Assembly: GCA_965232515.1 (NCBI GenBank)
Contig: CBDDPY010000002.1
Span: forward strand, 3,808,001 to 3,872,000
Length of the DNA: 64,000 nt
Source: Alphaproteobacteria bacterium
GTDB lineage: Bacteria > Pseudomonadota > Alphaproteobacteria > GCA-2731375
Direction: 5' to 3'
A model generated the notes under the pieces. It was not told the DNA's origin. It worked only from the letters and a program-made list of their open reading frames with translations, and ran no database searches. A program made the translations under genes and the position numbers. Of this stretch, positions 34,608 to 46,681 are shown piece after piece (position 1 is the stretch's first letter; every line of letters starts with the position of its first letter).

Positions 34608-36407
34608 CTACTCGCCCGTCTTCAGGGCAGCGATGAAGGCTTCCTGCGGGATCTCGACCTTGCCGAATGTGCGCATGCGCTTCTTGCCGGCCTTCTGCTT
34701 CTCCAGCAGCTTGCGCTTGCGGGTGACGTCGCCGCCATAGCACTTCGCCAGCACGTCCTTGCGCAGCGCCTTGACCGTCTCGCGGGCGATGATCTTGCCG
34801 CCGATCGCGGCCTGCACGGCGATCGGAAAGAGCTGCCGCGGGATCAGGTCCTTCAGCCGCTCGCACATGGCCCGGCCGCGCTTCTCGGCCCGGGTCCGGT
34901 GCACGATCATCGACAGCGCGTCGACCGGCTCGCCGTTCACCAGGATCGACATCTTCACCAGCTCGTTCGCCTCGTAGTCCTCGATCTGGTAATCGAAGCT
35001 GGCATAGCCGCGGCTGACCGACTTCAGCCGGTCGTAGAAGTCGAACACCACCTCGTTCAGCGGCAGCCGGTATTCGACCATGGCGCGGCTGCCGGCATAG
35101 GTCAGCGTGCTCTGAATGCCGCGGCGCTCCTCGCACAGCTTCAGCACCGCGCCCAGATGCTCGTCCGGCACCAGGATCGTCGCCTTGATCCACGGCTCCT
35201 CGATGCGGTCGATCTTCACCGGGTCCGGCATGTCGGCCGGATTGTGGATCTCCAGCATCTCGCCGTCGGTCATGTGGATGCGATAGATCACGCTCGGCGC
35301 CGTCGTGATCAGGTCGATGTTGAACTCGCGCTCCAGCCGCTGCTGCACGATCTCCATGTGCAGGAGGCCCAGGAATCCGCACCGGAAGCCGAAGCCCAGC
35401 GCCGGCGAGGTCTCCATCTCGAACTGGAAGCTGGCGTCGTTCAGGCGGAGCTTCGCGAGACTCTCGCGCAGGTCCTCGAACTCGCCGGCGTCGACCGGGA
35501 ACAGGCCGCAGAACACCACCGGCACCGACGGCTTGAAGCCGGCGAGCGGCGCCGCCGTCGGCCGTTTCTCCTCAGTGATGGTGTCGCCGACCTGGGTGTC
35601 GGCGACGTCCTTGATCGAGGCGGTGATGTAACCGATCTCGCCCGGTCCCAATTCCTTGACTTGGGCGATCTTCGGCTGGAACACGCCGACCTGCTCGACC
35701 AGATGCACGGCACCGCTCGACATCAGCTTGACGCGCATGCCCTTGGCCAGACGCCCGTCGATCATGCGTACCAGCACGATGACGCCGAGATAAGCGTCGT
35801 ACCAGCTGTCGACCAGCAACGCCTTCAGCGGCGCCGCGCCGTCGCCCTCGGGCGGCGGCAGGCGGGTCACCAGCGCCTCCAGCACCTCCTCGATGCCCTT
35901 GCCGGTCTTGGCCGAGGTCGGAATTGCGTCCGACGCGTCGATGCCGACCACGTCCTCGATCTGCGCCTGCACGCGCTCGGGCTCGGCCGCCGGCAGATCG
36001 ATCTTGTTCAGCACCGGCACGATCTCGTGGTCGTTGTCAATGGCCTGATAGACGTTCGCCAGCGTCTGCGCCTCGACGCCTTGGCTCGCGTCAACCACCA
36101 GCAGCGAACCCTCGCAGGCCGCCAGCGACCGGTTCACCTCGTAGGCGAAATCGACATGGCCCGGCGTGTCGATCAGGTTCAGGACATAGTCCTCCCCGTC
36201 GCGCGCGCGATATTGCAGCCGCACGGTCTGGGCCTTGATGGTGATGCCGCGCTCGCGTTCCAGATCCATGGAGTCGAGCACCTGCTCGGCCATCTCGCGC
36301 TTTTCCAGGCCGCCGCAGGTCTCGATCAGGCGGTCGGCCAGCGTCGACTTGCCATGGTCGATATGGGCGATGATCGCGAAGTTGCGGATATGCGCCAGAT
36401 CCGTCAT
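34608..36407 (-). CDS. lepA: Translation elongation factor 4 (LepA)
   Basis: [23 protein letters not shown] and [18 protein letters not shown] motifs. Confidence 0.98.
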   Translation of the reverse strand: MTDLAHIRNFAIIAHIDHGKSTLADRLIETCGGLEKREMAEQVLDSMDLERERGITIKAQTVRLQYRARDGEDYVLNLIDTPGHVDFAYEVNRSLAACEGSLLVVDASQGVEAQTLANVYQAIDNDHEIVPVLNKIDLPAAEPERVQAQIEDVVGIDASDAIPTSAKTGKGIEEVLEALVTRLPPPEGDGAAPLKALLVDSWYDAYLGVIVLVRMIDGRLAKGMRVKLMSSGAVHLVEQVGVFQPKIAQVKELGPGEIGYITASIKDVADTQVGDTITEEKRPTAAPLAGFKPSVPVVFCGLFPVDAGEFEDLRESLAKLRLNDASFQFEMETSPALGFGFRCGFLGLLHMEIVQQRLEREFNIDLITTAPSVIYRIHMTDGEMLEIHNPADMPDPVKIDRIEEPWIKATILVPDEHLGAVLKLCEERRGIQSTLTYAGSRAMVEYRLPLNEVVFDFYDRLKSVSRGYASFDYQIEDYEANELVKMSILVNGEPVDALSMIVHRTRAEKRGRAMCERLKDLIPRQLFPIAVQAAIGGKIIARETVKALRKDVLAKCYGGDVTRKRKLLEKQKAGKKRMRTFGKVEIPQEAFIAALKTGE

Positions 36408-36430
36408 CGCCGTCGTCGGTTGCTCCCCAT

Positions 36431-38836
36431 CTAACCGCGCAGGGTCGCGCCGGTCGCCTTGGCGACGGCCGCCACGATCTTCTCGGCCACGGCGTCGATC
36501 TCCGGGTCGGTCAGCGTGCGCTCGCGCGGTTCCAGCCGCACGGCGATCGCCACCGATTTCTTGCCCGCGTCGATGCCGGCGCCGCTGTAGACGTCGAACA
36601 CGCCGACCTCCGTCACCAGCGTCTTCTCGGCGCCTCTCGCCGCACGGATGATCTTGTCGGCCGGCACGTCGTCGTCAACCACGAAAGCGAAGTCGCGGTC
36701 GACGGCCGGGAAGTTCGACGGATCGAACTTCGGCCGCGTGCGGGTGCCCTTGGCTTTCGGCAGCGGCAGATGGGTCACGAAAACCTCGAAGCCGACCAGC
36801 GGGCCGGCGACCTCCATGGCGTCCAGGATGCGCGGATGGATCTCGCCGAACCAGGCCAGCACGTTTTTCGGCCCGAGCTGGATCGCGCCCGAGCGGCCGG
36901 GATGGTACCAGGCCGGCGCACTATCCGTGACCTGCAGGTTCGCCACCGGCGCGCCCAGGGCGGCCAGCACCGCCATCGCGTCCGCCTTGGCGTCGAAGGC
37001 GTCGACGGGCCGGCCGCCGCCGTCCCAATGCCGGCCGACAGTGCCGCCGCGCCGGATACCGGTCGCCATGGTCGACTGGCCGTCGGCCGTGTCGTCGGCA
37101 TATTGCGGTCCAACCTCGAACAGACCGACATCGTCGAAGCCACGGTCGACATTGCGACCCGCCGCCTCGATCAGGTTCGGCAGGATGCTCGGCCGCATGA
37201 CGTCGAGCTCCGAGCTGATCGGGTTCTCCAGCGCAAGCGCCGGCTGGCCGCCGCCGAACAGCTCGGCGTAACGCCGACGCATGAACGACCAGGTCATGCA
37301 CTCGACAAGACCGCGGGTGGCCAGCAGCCGTTTCGCCGCCGGCACGCGCCGCTGCATGGGCGTCAAGGCCGGCTCGGCGACTACCGACGTGCGCGGCAGC
37401 GACACGAACGGGATGTTGTCGAAGCCGGCGATGCGCGTGACCTCCTCGACCAGATCGGCCTCGCCGTCGATGTCGGAACGCCAGGTCGGCACGGTCGCGG
37501 CGATGCCGCCGTCCGCATCGGCGACCTGGAAACCCAACGCCGAGAGAATACGGGACTGTTCGTCGGCCGGCACGTCGATGCCGCCCAGGTTCTTCACCCG
37601 GTCGCGACGCAGCGTCACCGTCTTCGGCGGCACTTCCGGCGAGCCGGCAATCACCGGCTTGCTGGCCTCGCCGCCGCACAGATCCAGGATCAGCCGTGTC
37701 GCATACTCGACGCCCGGCAGCACCATGCCCGGATCGACGCCGCGCTCGAAGCGGTAGCGGGCGTCGCTTTCGAGATTGAGCTTGCGCCCCGTCGCCGCCG
37801 TGCGTTTCGGATCGAACAGCGCCACTTCCAGGAACATGTTCGTGGTCGTCTCGGTGCAGCCGGAATGCTCGCCGCCCATGACGCCGCCCAGACCCTCGGG
37901 ACCGGCGTCGTCGGCGATCACCGTCATCTCCGGATCGATCTCGTAGGTCTTGCCGTTCAGCGCATCCAGCGTTTCACCCGGCCTGCCGAGCCGCGCATGA
38001 ATGTTCCCGTTCACCTTGTCGGCGTCGAACACGTGCAACGGGCGGCCCAGATCGTAGGTCACATAATTGGTGATATCGACCAGCGCCGAGATCGGCCGCA
38101 AGCCGATCGCCAGCAGCCGGCGCTGCATCCAGTCCGGGCTGGGTCCGTTCTTCAGGCCGCGGAAGTAGCGGCCGACAAAGCACGGACAGGCGTTCGCCGT
38201 CTCGGCCGAGAACTCCAGCGTCACGTCGATCGGGCTGTCGAACCCGCCCGACACGGCGGGCGGATCGAACGGCTTCAACGTGCCGAGGCCCGCGGCGGCG
38301 AGATCGCGCGCGACGCCGCGCACGCCCAGGCAGTCCTGCCGGTTCGGCGTGATCGCGACTTCGATCACCTGATCGCCCAGGCCCATGACCTCGGCGAAAG
38401 CGGCACCGACCGGCGCGTCGTCCGCCAGCTCGATGATGCCCTCGTGCTCATCGCTGATGCCCATCTCGCGCTCGGAGCAGAGCATGCCGTTCGATTCCTC
38501 GCCGCGGATCTTCGACGGCTTCAACAGCAGACCGGTGCCGGGAATGGTCGTGCCCGACGGCGCGAACACGCCCTTCATGCCGGTGCGTGCGTTCGGCGCC
38601 CCGCAGACGACCTGGACCTGCTCCTGGCCCGTATCGACGATACAGACCCGCAGTCGATCGGCGTTCGGATGCTGCCGCGCCTCGATCACGTGGGCGACCG
38701 TGAACGGCGCCAATTCGGCGGCACGGTCGTGTACGCCCTCGAGCTCGAGCCCGATCGAGGTCAGCTTGTCGGTGATTTCCTGCAGGCTCGCATCCGTTTC
38801 CAGATGCTCCTTCAGCCAGGCCAGCGTGAATTTCAT
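36431..38836 (-). CDS. pheT: Phenylalanine--tRNA ligase beta subunit
   Basis: [38 protein letters not shown] and ferredoxin-fold C-terminus. Start is 38836 or 38839. Confidence 0.97.
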   Translation of the reverse strand: MKFTLAWLKEHLETDASLQEITDKLTSIGLELEGVHDRAAELAPFTVAHVIEARQHPNADRLRVCIVDTGQEQVQVVCGAPNARTGMKGVFAPSGTTIPGTGLLLKPSKIRGEESNGMLCSEREMGISDEHEGIIELADDAPVGAAFAEVMGLGDQVIEVAITPNRQDCLGVRGVARDLAAAGLGTLKPFDPPAVSGGFDSPIDVTLEFSAETANACPCFVGRYFRGLKNGPSPDWMQRRLLAIGLRPISALVDITNYVTYDLGRPLHVFDADKVNGNIHARLGRPGETLDALNGKTYEIDPEMTVIADDAGPEGLGGVMGGEHSGCTETTTNMFLEVALFDPKRTAATGRKLNLESDARYRFERGVDPGMVLPGVEYATRLILDLCGGEASKPVIAGSPEVPPKTVTLRRDRVKNLGGIDVPADEQSRILSALGFQVADADGGIAATVPTWRSDIDGEADLVEEVTRIAGFDNIPFVSLPRTSVVAEPALTPMQRRVPAAKRLLATRGLVECMTWSFMRRRYAELFGGGQPALALENPISSELDVMRPSILPNLIEAAGRNVDRGFDDVGLFEVGPQYADDTADGQSTMATGIRRGGTVGRHWDGGGRPVDAFDAKADAMAVLAALGAPVANLQVTDSAPAWYHPGRSGAIQLGPKNVLAWFGEIHPRILDAMEVAGPLVGFEVFVTHLPLPKAKGTRTRPKFDPSNFPAVDRDFAFVVDDDVPADKIIRAARGAEKTLVTEVGVFDVYSGAGIDAGKKSVAIAVRLEPRERTLTDPEIDAVAEKIVAAVAKATGATLRG

Positions 38837-39915
38837 CATCGCGACAGCCCTCCGGCGAGCGTCGGCACCGCCATTGGCACGAAGCCATAGTGCTTCAGCC
38901 AGCGCAGGTCGGACTCGAAGAACGCCCGCAGATCCGGTGGCCCATACTTCAGCATGGCGATCCGGTCGAGCCCCATGCCCCAGGCGAAGCCCTGGTACTC
39001 GTTCGGGTCGACGTCGCACATCTCGAGCACGCGCGGATTGACCATGCCGCAGCCCAGGATCTCCAGCCAGTCGTCGCCCTCGCCGATGCGGATCTGGCCG
39101 CCCTCGTACGAACAGCCGATATCCACCTCGGCCGACGGCTCCGTGAACGGGAAGTAGCTCGGCCGGAAGCGGAACTTCACGTGCTCCACCTCGAAGAAGG
39201 CCTTGCAGAAATCGTACAGAACGCCCTTCAGGTGCCCCATATGGGACTCCCGGTCGATCACCAGGCCCTCGACCTGATGGAACATGGGCGTGTGCGTCAT
39301 GTCCGAGTCCGACCGATAGGTCCGGCCCGGCACGATGATCCGGATCGGCGGCTCGGTCGTCCGCATCGTGCGGACCTGCACGGGCGAGGTATGCGTCCGC
39401 AGGACCTTGCGGTTCCCGTCCGCGTCCGGCGGCAGATAGAACGTGTCGTGCATCTGCCGGGCCGGATGCTCCGGCGGGATGTTCAGCGCCGTGAAGTTGT
39501 GGAAATCGTCCTCGATGTCAGGGCCTTCGGCGATGGTGAAGCCCATATCGGCGAAGATCTGGGTCAGCTCGTCCAGCACCTGGCTGACGGGATGGATGCG
39601 GCCCTCGGTCTCCGGTCGCACCGGCAGGGTGACGTCCACCCGTTCCGATGCCAGCCGCGCATCCAGCTCGGCCGACTTCAAGGCCTCGCGCCGCGCGGCG
39701 ACGGCGTCGCCCACGCGCTGCTTCAAGCCGTTGATGGCGGCGCCCGCGTTCTGGCGCTCCTCGGGCGACATCCCGCCCAGGCTCTTCAGCAGCTCGGTAA
39801 TGCGGCCCTTGCGGCCCAGCGCGGAGATCCGCACCTCTTCCAGCGCCGCCATGTCGGCCGAGCCGTCGATGGCGGTCACGAATTCGCGCTCCAGCGCGTC
39901 GATTTCAGCAAGCAT
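38836..39915 (-). CDS. pheS: Phenylalanine--tRNA ligase alpha subunit
   Basis: [25 protein letters not shown] and YFPFTEPS motifs. Confidence 0.98.
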   Translation of the reverse strand: MLAEIDALEREFVTAIDGSADMAALEEVRISALGRKGRITELLKSLGGMSPEERQNAGAAINGLKQRVGDAVAARREALKSAELDARLASERVDVTLPVRPETEGRIHPVSQVLDELTQIFADMGFTIAEGPDIEDDFHNFTALNIPPEHPARQMHDTFYLPPDADGNRKVLRTHTSPVQVRTMRTTEPPIRIIVPGRTYRSDSDMTHTPMFHQVEGLVIDRESHMGHLKGVLYDFCKAFFEVEHVKFRFRPSYFPFTEPSAEVDIGCSYEGGQIRIGEGDDWLEILGCGMVNPRVLEMCDVDPNEYQGFAWGMGLDRIAMLKYGPPDLRAFFESDLRWLKHYGFVPMAVPTLAGGLSR

Positions 39916-40024
39916 GTCTTTCCGTCACGTCGTCATATCAATCGCATCGGGAAACCCGGGGTGAGACGGGCCCCTTACGCACTGCAAGATCGATCGTCGG
40001 AAAGCGGCCCGTTCGGGCGCCCGG

Positions 40025-40390
40025 TCAACCGGCGTTGGCCAATGCCTGGCTCGCCTGGTCGACAAGCGCCTTGAAGGCCTCAGGTTCGTGGACGGCGATG
40101 TCGGCCAAGATCTTGCGGTCGACATCGATGCCGGCGAACTTGAGGCCGCTCATAAATCGGGCATAGTTCATGCCGTGCTGGCGGCTCGCCGCGTTGATCC
40201 GCTGGATCCAGAGCGACCGGAAATTCCGCTTCTTGACCCGCCGGTCGCGATAGGCGTACTCGCCGGCCTTGTCCACCGCCTGCTTGGCGACGCGGATGGT
40301 ATTCTTGCGCCGTCCGCGATAGCCCTTGGCCTGCTTCAGGACCTTTTTGTGCCGGGCGTGCGAGGTGACGCCCCGTTTGACTCGCGCCAT
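40025..40390 (-). CDS. rplT: 50S ribosomal protein L20
   Basis: MARVKRGV...AYRDRR...[12 protein letters not shown]. Confidence 0.98.
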   Translation of the reverse strand: MARVKRGVTSHARHKKVLKQAKGYRGRRKNTIRVAKQAVDKAGEYAYRDRRVKKRNFRSLWIQRINAASRQHGMNYARFMSGLKFAGIDVDRKILADIAVHEPEAFKALVDQASQALANAG

Positions 40391-40402
40391 ATCGGTGCCT
40401 CC

Positions 40403-40600
40403 TCAGCCGTTCGGCAGGAATTTCTTCACGATCTTGGCGTCCGCGGAGCTCATGATCGTGGTGCCGCGCAGGTTGCGGATCTGCTTGTTGGTGCGCTTGA
40501 TCATGCCATGGCGTTTGCCGGCATGCTGGCGGCGCACCTTGCCGCTGGCCGTCAGGCGGAACCGCTTCTTGGCGCCGCTCTTGGTCTTCATCTTGGGCAT
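40403..40600 (-). CDS. rpmI: 50S ribosomal protein L35
   Basis: [14 protein letters not shown], 65 aa, directly upstream of rplT. Confidence 0.97.
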   Translation of the reverse strand: MPKMKTKSGAKKRFRLTASGKVRRQHAGKRHGMIKRTNKQIRNLRGTTIMSSADAKIVKKFLPNG

Positions 40601-40630
40601 TTCGCTTCCCTTTTTCGAACCAGGTACCGC

Positions 40631-40717
40631 GATCCGATTTTGGTTCAGAACTCGGATCAGAAGCCGTTTTGAGCGGACGGGCATGCCCAGGGGCGTATGC
40701 CCCGCGCCGGGCCGCTC
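40631..40717 (-). promoter_or_regulatory. Structured 5' leader of rpmI-rplT
   Basis: Stems GAGCGG/CCGCTC with inner GGGCAT/ATGCCC (40671-40717) and GATCCGA/TCGGATC (40631-40658). Confidence 0.45.
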
Positions 40718-40803
40718 GGCAAGCGCGCGTTTATAGCCGCCGCATCAGGGCGATGCAAGCGCGCAAACGTGACAGATAGCCCCGGTCAGGGGCGCCGAAG
40801 CGC

Positions 40804-41340
40804 TTACTTCGGCGCGATGACCATGGTCATCTGCCGGCCTTCCATTTTCGGAAACTGCTCGACCTTGGAGACTTCTTGCAGATCGTCCCGGACCCGGTGC
40901 AGGACCCGCATGCCGAGTTCCTGGTGCGCCATTTCGCGTCCGCGGAATCGCAGGGTCACTTTCACCTTGTCGCCTTCGTCGATGAATTTGGTCATCGACC
41001 GCATCTTGACGTCATAGTCGTGCTGGTCGATGTTCGGCCGCATCTTGATTTCCTTGATATCGACCGTTTTCTGCTTCTTTCGAGCCTCGTTCGCCTTTTT
41101 CTGGGCCTTGTACTTGAACTTGCCGTAATCGAGGATCTTGCAGACCGGCGGATCGGCATTCGGCGAGACCTCGACGAGGTCCATGCCGGCCTCGGCCGCC
41201 ATGTCCAGCGCTTCGTCAATACCGACGATGCCGACATTCTCACCATCGGCGCCGACCAGCCTCACCTTGTCGACATCGATGTCGTTGTTCACGCGCGGAC
41301 CCTCGCGGGTCGGCGGCGCGGTCACAAAGTAGCGTGCGAT
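40804..41340 (-). CDS. infC: Translation initiation factor IF-3, probable non-canonical ATC start
   Basis: [21 protein letters not shown] and FRGREM motifs. AAGGAG lies 8 nt before the in-frame ATC at 41340 ([10 protein letters not shown]...). Confidence 0.95.
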   Translation of the reverse strand: MARYFVTAPPTREGPRVNNDIDVDKVRLVGADGENVGIVGIDEALDMAAEAGMDLVEVSPNADPPVCKILDYGKFKYKAQKKANEARKKQKTVDIKEIKMRPNIDQHDYDVKMRSMTKFIDEGDKVKVTLRFRGREMAHQELGMRVLHRVRDDLQEVSKVEQFPKMEGRQMTMVIAPK

Positions 41341-41457
41341 GTATCCATCTCCTTGGACGTTGCAAAAAAAGCTGTCATTCGCCGCCTGTTCCCATGCGCC
41401 CAGGCGGCCGGAAATCTCACCATAATATAAGTGTTCGACGCGGCGGTTGACAAAAGA

Positions 41458-43371
41458 TTAAACGCCGGGAGCCGCTGATTCTCCCGCGAGCTGGGCGATC
41501 ACGTCATCGCACGGCAGCACGTCCTGACGCTTGTCGCCGAGGCGCCGTACGGCCAGCGTCTTGGCCTCCATCTCGTTCTTGCCGACGGCGACGATGACCG
41601 GCACCTTGGCCAGACTGTGCTCGCGCACCTTGTAGCCGATCTTTTCGTTGCGGAGATCGAGCTCGACCCTGAGGCCGGCCGCGTGCATCTGCTCCGCGAC
41701 CTCGCGGGCATAGGCGTCGGCGTCGTTGGTGATGGTGGCGATCATCACCTGCACCGGCGCCAGCCAGAGCGGGAAGCGGCCGGCGAAGTTCTCGATCAGG
41801 ATGCCGATCCAGCGCTCGAACGAACCGAGGATCGCCCGGTGCAGCATGACCGGACGGTGCCGCTGGTTGTCCTCGCCCACATAGGTGGCGTCGAGCCGTT
41901 CGGGCAACACGAAATCGACCTGCAATGTGCCGCACTGCCAATCCCGGCCGATGGCGTCGCGCAGCACGAATTCCAGCTTGGGCCCGTAAAACGCGCCCTC
42001 GCCCGGGTTCATGGTATAGGGCAGGCCGGCCGCTTCGACCGCCGTCTTCAAAGCCGCTTCGGCCCGGTCCCAGACGTCGTCCTCGCCGGCCCGCACCGGC
42101 GGCCGGTCGGCGAACTTGACCATCACGTCGCTGAAGCCGAAGTCGCGGTAGACGCCCATCAGCAGGTCGCAGAACTTGATGCTCTCGTCGGTGATCTGAT
42201 CGTCTGAGCAGAAGATATGGGCATCGTCCTGCACGAAGGCGCGCACCCGCATCAGCCCATGCAGCGCGCCCGACGGCTCGTACCGGTGGCAGCCGCCGAA
42301 CTCGGCCATGCGCAGCGGCAGGTCGCGATAGCTCTTCAGGCGCTGCTTGAAGATCTGCACGTGCCCCGGACAGTTCATCGGCTTCAGCGCGAAGACTCGT
42401 TCTTCCGACTCCGACGTGTACATGTGCTCGCGGAACTTCTCCCAATGGCCCGAGGCCTCCCACAGGGTCCGGTCCACCAGCTGCGGCGTCTTCACCTCAT
42501 CGTAGCCGGCCGCGTCCAGCCGGTCGCGCATGTAGCGCTCAACGGTGCGATAGAGCGTCCAGCCCTTGGGGTGCCAGAACACCATGCCGGCCGCCTCTTC
42601 CTGGAAATGGAACAGGTCCATCTCGCGGCCGAGCCGCCGGTGGTCGCGGCGCTCGGCCTCTTCCAGGCGGTGCAGATAGGCCTTCAGCTCCTTGTCGGTG
42701 CGCCAGCAGGTGCCATAGACGCGCTGCAGCATCTCGTTGCGCGAGTCGCCGCGCCAATAGGCGCCGGCGATTTTCATCAACTTGAACGACGTGCCCAGCT
42801 TGCCGGTCGACGGCAGATGCGGACCGACGCAGAGGTCGATAAATTCGCCCTGCCGATAGACCGAGATCACCTCGTCCTCCGGTAGATCGGCGATGATCTC
42901 GGCCTTGTAAAGCTCGCCGATCGATTTGAAATAGCCGATGGCGTCGTCGCGGTCCCAGACCTCGCGGACGATCTCCTCGTCGCGGCCAACGATCTCGCGC
43001 ATCCGCGCTTCCATGGTCTCGAGGTCGTCGGGCGTGAACGGCTCGGACCGAGAGAAGTCGTAATAGAAGCCGTCGTCGATCGCCGGGCCGATGGTGACCT
43101 GGATATCCGGCCACAGCTCCTTCGCGGCTTCCGCCAGCACGTGCGCGCAGTCATGCCGCAGCAGCTCCAACGCGTCGTCGTCCTTGGCGGTGACGATTTC
43201 CAGCGCCGCGTCCTGCGCGATCGGCAACGACAGGTCGACCAGCGTGCCGTCGATCCGCGCCGCCAACGCCGCCTTGGCGAGGCCCGGGCCGATATCGGCC
43301 GCCACCGTGGCGGCGGTGACCGGGCCGTCATATTCTCGAGTGCTACCGTCGGGGAGACTGATGGAAACCAT
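41458..43371 (-). CDS. thrS: Threonine--tRNA ligase
   Basis: TGS domain, RHDCAH, DLCVGPH, RDHRRLG, KPMNCP and HRAILGS motifs; TTGACA -35 upstream at 43451-43456 (minus strand). Confidence 0.98.
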   Translation of the reverse strand: MVSISLPDGSTREYDGPVTAATVAADIGPGLAKAALAARIDGTLVDLSLPIAQDAALEIVTAKDDDALELLRHDCAHVLAEAAKELWPDIQVTIGPAIDDGFYYDFSRSEPFTPDDLETMEARMREIVGRDEEIVREVWDRDDAIGYFKSIGELYKAEIIADLPEDEVISVYRQGEFIDLCVGPHLPSTGKLGTSFKLMKIAGAYWRGDSRNEMLQRVYGTCWRTDKELKAYLHRLEEAERRDHRRLGREMDLFHFQEEAAGMVFWHPKGWTLYRTVERYMRDRLDAAGYDEVKTPQLVDRTLWEASGHWEKFREHMYTSESEERVFALKPMNCPGHVQIFKQRLKSYRDLPLRMAEFGGCHRYEPSGALHGLMRVRAFVQDDAHIFCSDDQITDESIKFCDLLMGVYRDFGFSDVMVKFADRPPVRAGEDDVWDRAEAALKTAVEAAGLPYTMNPGEGAFYGPKLEFVLRDAIGRDWQCGTLQVDFVLPERLDATYVGEDNQRHRPVMLHRAILGSFERWIGILIENFAGRFPLWLAPVQVMIATITNDADAYAREVAEQMHAAGLRVELDLRNEKIGYKVREHSLAKVPVIVAVGKNEMEAKTLAVRRLGDKRQDVLPCDDVIAQLAGESAAPGV

Positions 43372-43531
43372 GGACAACAGGATCCAGCTACGTTGCGGCC
43401 GCCGGAGAACGCGGCCGGTGCGGGCGAAAAAGAAGCGAGATTTAACGCGCTGTCAAGGCGGCCCCGGCACAGTATCCTGGCGGTTGTATAGTCTCATCAT
43501 TAAATACAATTAAGCTTAAGGAATTATCGCC

Positions 43532-44662
43532 ATGGACGCCGTCAACCGGCCGGGCCCGGACAACGGTCCCGGACCCGACAGTAATGCCAAGCTCGCCTTC
43601 GAGTTCGACGGCCGAGCGGGCGAAATCACCTCGATGGTCATCGTCAATGCGCTCTTGACGCTGCTGACCGTCGGCATCTACCGCTTCTGGGCGCGTACGC
43701 GCGTGCGGCGCTATCTCTGGAGCCATATGCGGCTGCTGGGCGACCGGCTGGAATACACCGGCACCGGCAAGGAGCTGTTCCTCGGCTTCCTGATCGTCTT
43801 CTTCGTCGTGCTGCTGCCGCTGGTCCTGGCGAACATGGCGGCCGAGTTCTTCCTGTTGACCCAATACCCGGTCGCCTACGGCGTGTTCATGGCGGGCCTC
43901 TATCTTTTCATCCTGTTCCTGGTCGGCGTCGCGCAGTATCGGGCCCAGCGCTACCGGTTAAGCCGCACCAACTGGCGCGGCATCCGGGGTGGATTGCCGG
44001 GTTCTTCCGTGCGTTACGGCCTGGCGTTTCTCGGATTCACGCTGCTCTTGCCGTTCAGCCTGGGCTGGACCTATCCCTGGCAGCGCATGACCTTGATGCG
44101 CATGATGATGAACGAAACCCGTTTCGGCGATCGAAAGTTCTCGTTTGATGGTCGTGTCGGCCCGCTCATGGGCGCCTACGCCGTCACCTGGTTCGCACTG
44201 ATCGTCCTCTGGACGGTGGTCTTGGGCGCCGTTGTCGGTGGTGCCGTTCTCACAAGCCTGGCCGCGGGCGGCGAGGAACTGACGCCGGATCAGCTCGGTG
44301 CGGTCGGATTTCTCCCGTTCTTCGTGATTTTGCTGCTGCTGCCAGTCAGCTCGCTGATCGCCACTTGGTATCGGGCTCGCGAGTTCGCTTACATGGGCAG
44401 CTGCACACGCTATGAAGGGCTTCAGTTCCGCTTCGATGCGACGTTCGGCAGCCTGTTCCGGCTTGGCTTCGGCAATCTGTTGATCGTTCTCTTCACGCTT
44501 GGCATGGGCCTGCCTTACGCGCAGCTCAGGAACTTCCGTTACTTCTGCGCACGCTTGAGCGCCGAGGGTCAGGTCGACTTCGAGGCCATCCGGCAGAGCG
44601 CGGAACTGCGGCCAAGCGTCGGCGAGGGTCTGGCCGACGCTTTCGACGGCGGCACGGTCTGA
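43532..44662 (+). CDS. YjgN/DUF898-family inner membrane protein
   Basis: NALLTLLTVGIYRFWARTRVRRYLWS and YTGTGKELFLGF motifs; multiple TM segments. Confidence 0.88.
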   Translation: MDAVNRPGPDNGPGPDSNAKLAFEFDGRAGEITSMVIVNALLTLLTVGIYRFWARTRVRRYLWSHMRLLGDRLEYTGTGKELFLGFLIVFFVVLLPLVLANMAAEFFLLTQYPVAYGVFMAGLYLFILFLVGVAQYRAQRYRLSRTNWRGIRGGLPGSSVRYGLAFLGFTLLLPFSLGWTYPWQRMTLMRMMMNETRFGDRKFSFDGRVGPLMGAYAVTWFALIVLWTVVLGAVVGGAVLTSLAAGGEELTPDQLGAVGFLPFFVILLLLPVSSLIATWYRAREFAYMGSCTRYEGLQFRFDATFGSLFRLGFGNLLIVLFTLGMGLPYAQLRNFRYFCARLSAEGQVDFEAIRQSAELRPSVGEGLADAFDGGTV

Positions 44663-44663
44663 G

Positions 44664-45740
44664 GTGACGAACGCGGTCGCGGCCGTCTATTTCGACGGGA
44701 AATCCGCCCGTCGGCAGGACGCGACCGTCGCCCTCGGCCCCCAGGGCATCACCATTGCCGCGCCGGACGGCGCGCCGATCGGCTTCTGGTCGCTTAAGGA
44801 CCTGACGCCGGCCGAGCCCGTTCGCCGCGGCCAGCCGGTGAAGATCGGCGTCGTCTACGATACCGATGCGCGGCTGCAGGTGGACGATCCCGGCTTCGCC
44901 GTGGCGCTGTTGGCGCAGGCGCCGCACCTCGCGCCATCGAAACGCTTCCTGACGCGCAGTCTGCCGCAGATCGGCCTGGGCCTTGCCGCCGCGGCGGTGC
45001 TGGTGGCGGCGGTCGTCTACGGCATCCCGGCGCTGTCGCGGCCCATCGCCAAGATGGTGCCGCTGAGCTGGGAGCGGGATCTCGGGCAAAACCTGGTCAC
45101 CATGATCATCGGCGACACCAAGCGGTGTGAACACGCTGAGGGACGCGCCGCGTTGGATCGGCTGATCGGCCGCCTCGCCGCCGTGCAGGACACCCGCTAT
45201 GCCTACAACGTGACGGTCGCGAAACTGGACAGCGTCAACGCTTTCGCCGCGCCGGGCGGCGAGATCGTGCTCCTGAACGGCCTGCTGAAAGAGGCCCAGT
45301 CACCGGACGAGGTCGCCGGCGTGCTGGCGCACGAGATGGCGCACGTGGTCGAGCGGCACCCGACGGCCAGCGCCATCCGCGCGCTCGGCGTCTCGATCCT
45401 GCTGGAGCTGGTGACCGGCGACGGCGCCGGGGCGGCGGCCGGCCTGGCCGAGTTCGGCGGAGTCCTGCTGCTGTTTTCCTACAGCCGCGACAACGAGCGT
45501 GAGGCCGACCGTCTGGCGCAGGAGATGCTGTCACGCGCCGGCCTGAAAACCACCGGCCTGGTCGACTTCTTCAAACGGCGCGCCGGCGAGAACACGCTCT
45601 ACGACATCAAGCTGCTCGACTATTTCAGCACGCACCCGCCATCGGACGAGCGCAGCCGCGACGCCGCGCGCGCGGGTCATGTCGGCGAGACGGCGCTGAC
45701 ATCAGAGGAATGGCAGGCACTGCAGGCGATCTGCGATTAG
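44664..45740 (+). CDS. M48-family zinc metallopeptidase
   Basis: VNAFAAPGG, LAHEMAHV (HExxH), YSRDNEREAD and STHP motifs. Confidence 0.92.
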   Translation: MTNAVAAVYFDGKSARRQDATVALGPQGITIAAPDGAPIGFWSLKDLTPAEPVRRGQPVKIGVVYDTDARLQVDDPGFAVALLAQAPHLAPSKRFLTRSLPQIGLGLAAAAVLVAAVVYGIPALSRPIAKMVPLSWERDLGQNLVTMIIGDTKRCEHAEGRAALDRLIGRLAAVQDTRYAYNVTVAKLDSVNAFAAPGGEIVLLNGLLKEAQSPDEVAGVLAHEMAHVVERHPTASAIRALGVSILLELVTGDGAGAAAGLAEFGGVLLLFSYSRDNEREADRLAQEMLSRAGLKTTGLVDFFKRRAGENTLYDIKLLDYFSTHPPSDERSRDAARAGHVGETALTSEEWQALQAICD

Positions 45741-46681
45741 GCAAGCTCGAGGGCGCGCCAGACGTCGTCAGCCGGCAGCGCGGACAACGGCTCGCGCCGC
45801 AGCACCTTGACGGCGCGCCCGCGCGGCGCGGTGCGGTCGGGATCGGACTCCTCCGAAAACAAGACGACGCACGGACAGCCGGCGATCGCCGCCATGTGCA
45901 TCGGTCCGGTGTCGTTGCCGATGGCCAGCGTGGCGCCGCGCGCGAGAACGGCGATCTGCTCAAGACTGGTCCTGCCGGCAAGGTTGACGGCCGACGGACA
46001 GCCGGTCGCGATCTCGGCCGCGATCGCGCGTTCATCCGGCCCGCCGATGATCGCGGGCGTCAGCCCCTGCGCCGAGAGGCGACCGGCGAGCTCGGCGTAG
46101 CGGGACGCCGGCCAGCGTTTGCGGGGACGGTGCGCCGCCCCGCCCGGCACCAGCAGGGCATAGGGCGGTTTGAGATCGAAGCCGCAGACATCCGCCTCGA
46201 CCCAATCCAGGCTCGGCGCCGGCACCGTATCGATGCCGGCCATGTGCAGCTGATCGGCCTGCCGGTCGATGGTGTGCATGCCGCCGCGCGCCGGATTGTC
46301 GTGCGGGTGCGAGCCGCGGGCGGCGATGCCGGACCATTCCGGCCGCTTTGCCGCCGGGAAGAGATGGAAATAGAAGCTGGAGCGGCTGGAGGTCTGCAGG
46401 TCGTAGACCCGCTCGAAGCCGCCCTCCCGCAAACGACGCCGCAGCGCCAGAAGCGCGGAGAGCTGTGGAATGCGGGGCCGGGAATCGACCCAGACCTCGT
46501 CGAACAGGCCGCTCGCGCGGGCCAACCCGGCATAGGGCGCCGTCGTCAGCAGGGTGATGTGAGCTTCGGCGTGATGCGCGCGGATCGCCGCGGCCGGCCC
46601 CAGCGCCATGACGAAATCGCCCAGCGCGCCATGCTTGATGATCAATATCCGCGATGGCCCCCCCGGTGCCGACGCGGACAT
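45737..46681 (-). CDS. Glycosyltransferase family 9 (heptosyltransferase-like)
   Basis: IIKHGALGDFV, KRWP and GNDTGPMHMAA motifs. Confidence 0.9.
   Translation of the reverse strand: MSASAPGGPSRILIIKHGALGDFVMALGPAAAIRAHHAEAHITLLTTAPYAGLARASGLFDEVWVDSRPRIPQLSALLALRRRLREGGFERVYDLQTSSRSSFYFHLFPAAKRPEWSGIAARGSHPHDNPARGGMHTIDRQADQLHMAGIDTVPAPSLDWVEADVCGFDLKPPYALLVPGGAAHRPRKRWPASRYAELAGRLSAQGLTPAIIGGPDERAIAAEIATGCPSAVNLAGRTSLEQIAVLARGATLAIGNDTGPMHMAAIAGCPCVVLFSEESDPDRTAPRGRAVKVLRREPLSALPADDVWRALELA

Noticed and set aside
43500-43519. Possible CtrA box upstream of the YjgN-like gene
   Set aside because: The TTAA half-sites are spaced 6 and 2 nt apart, not the canonical 7.
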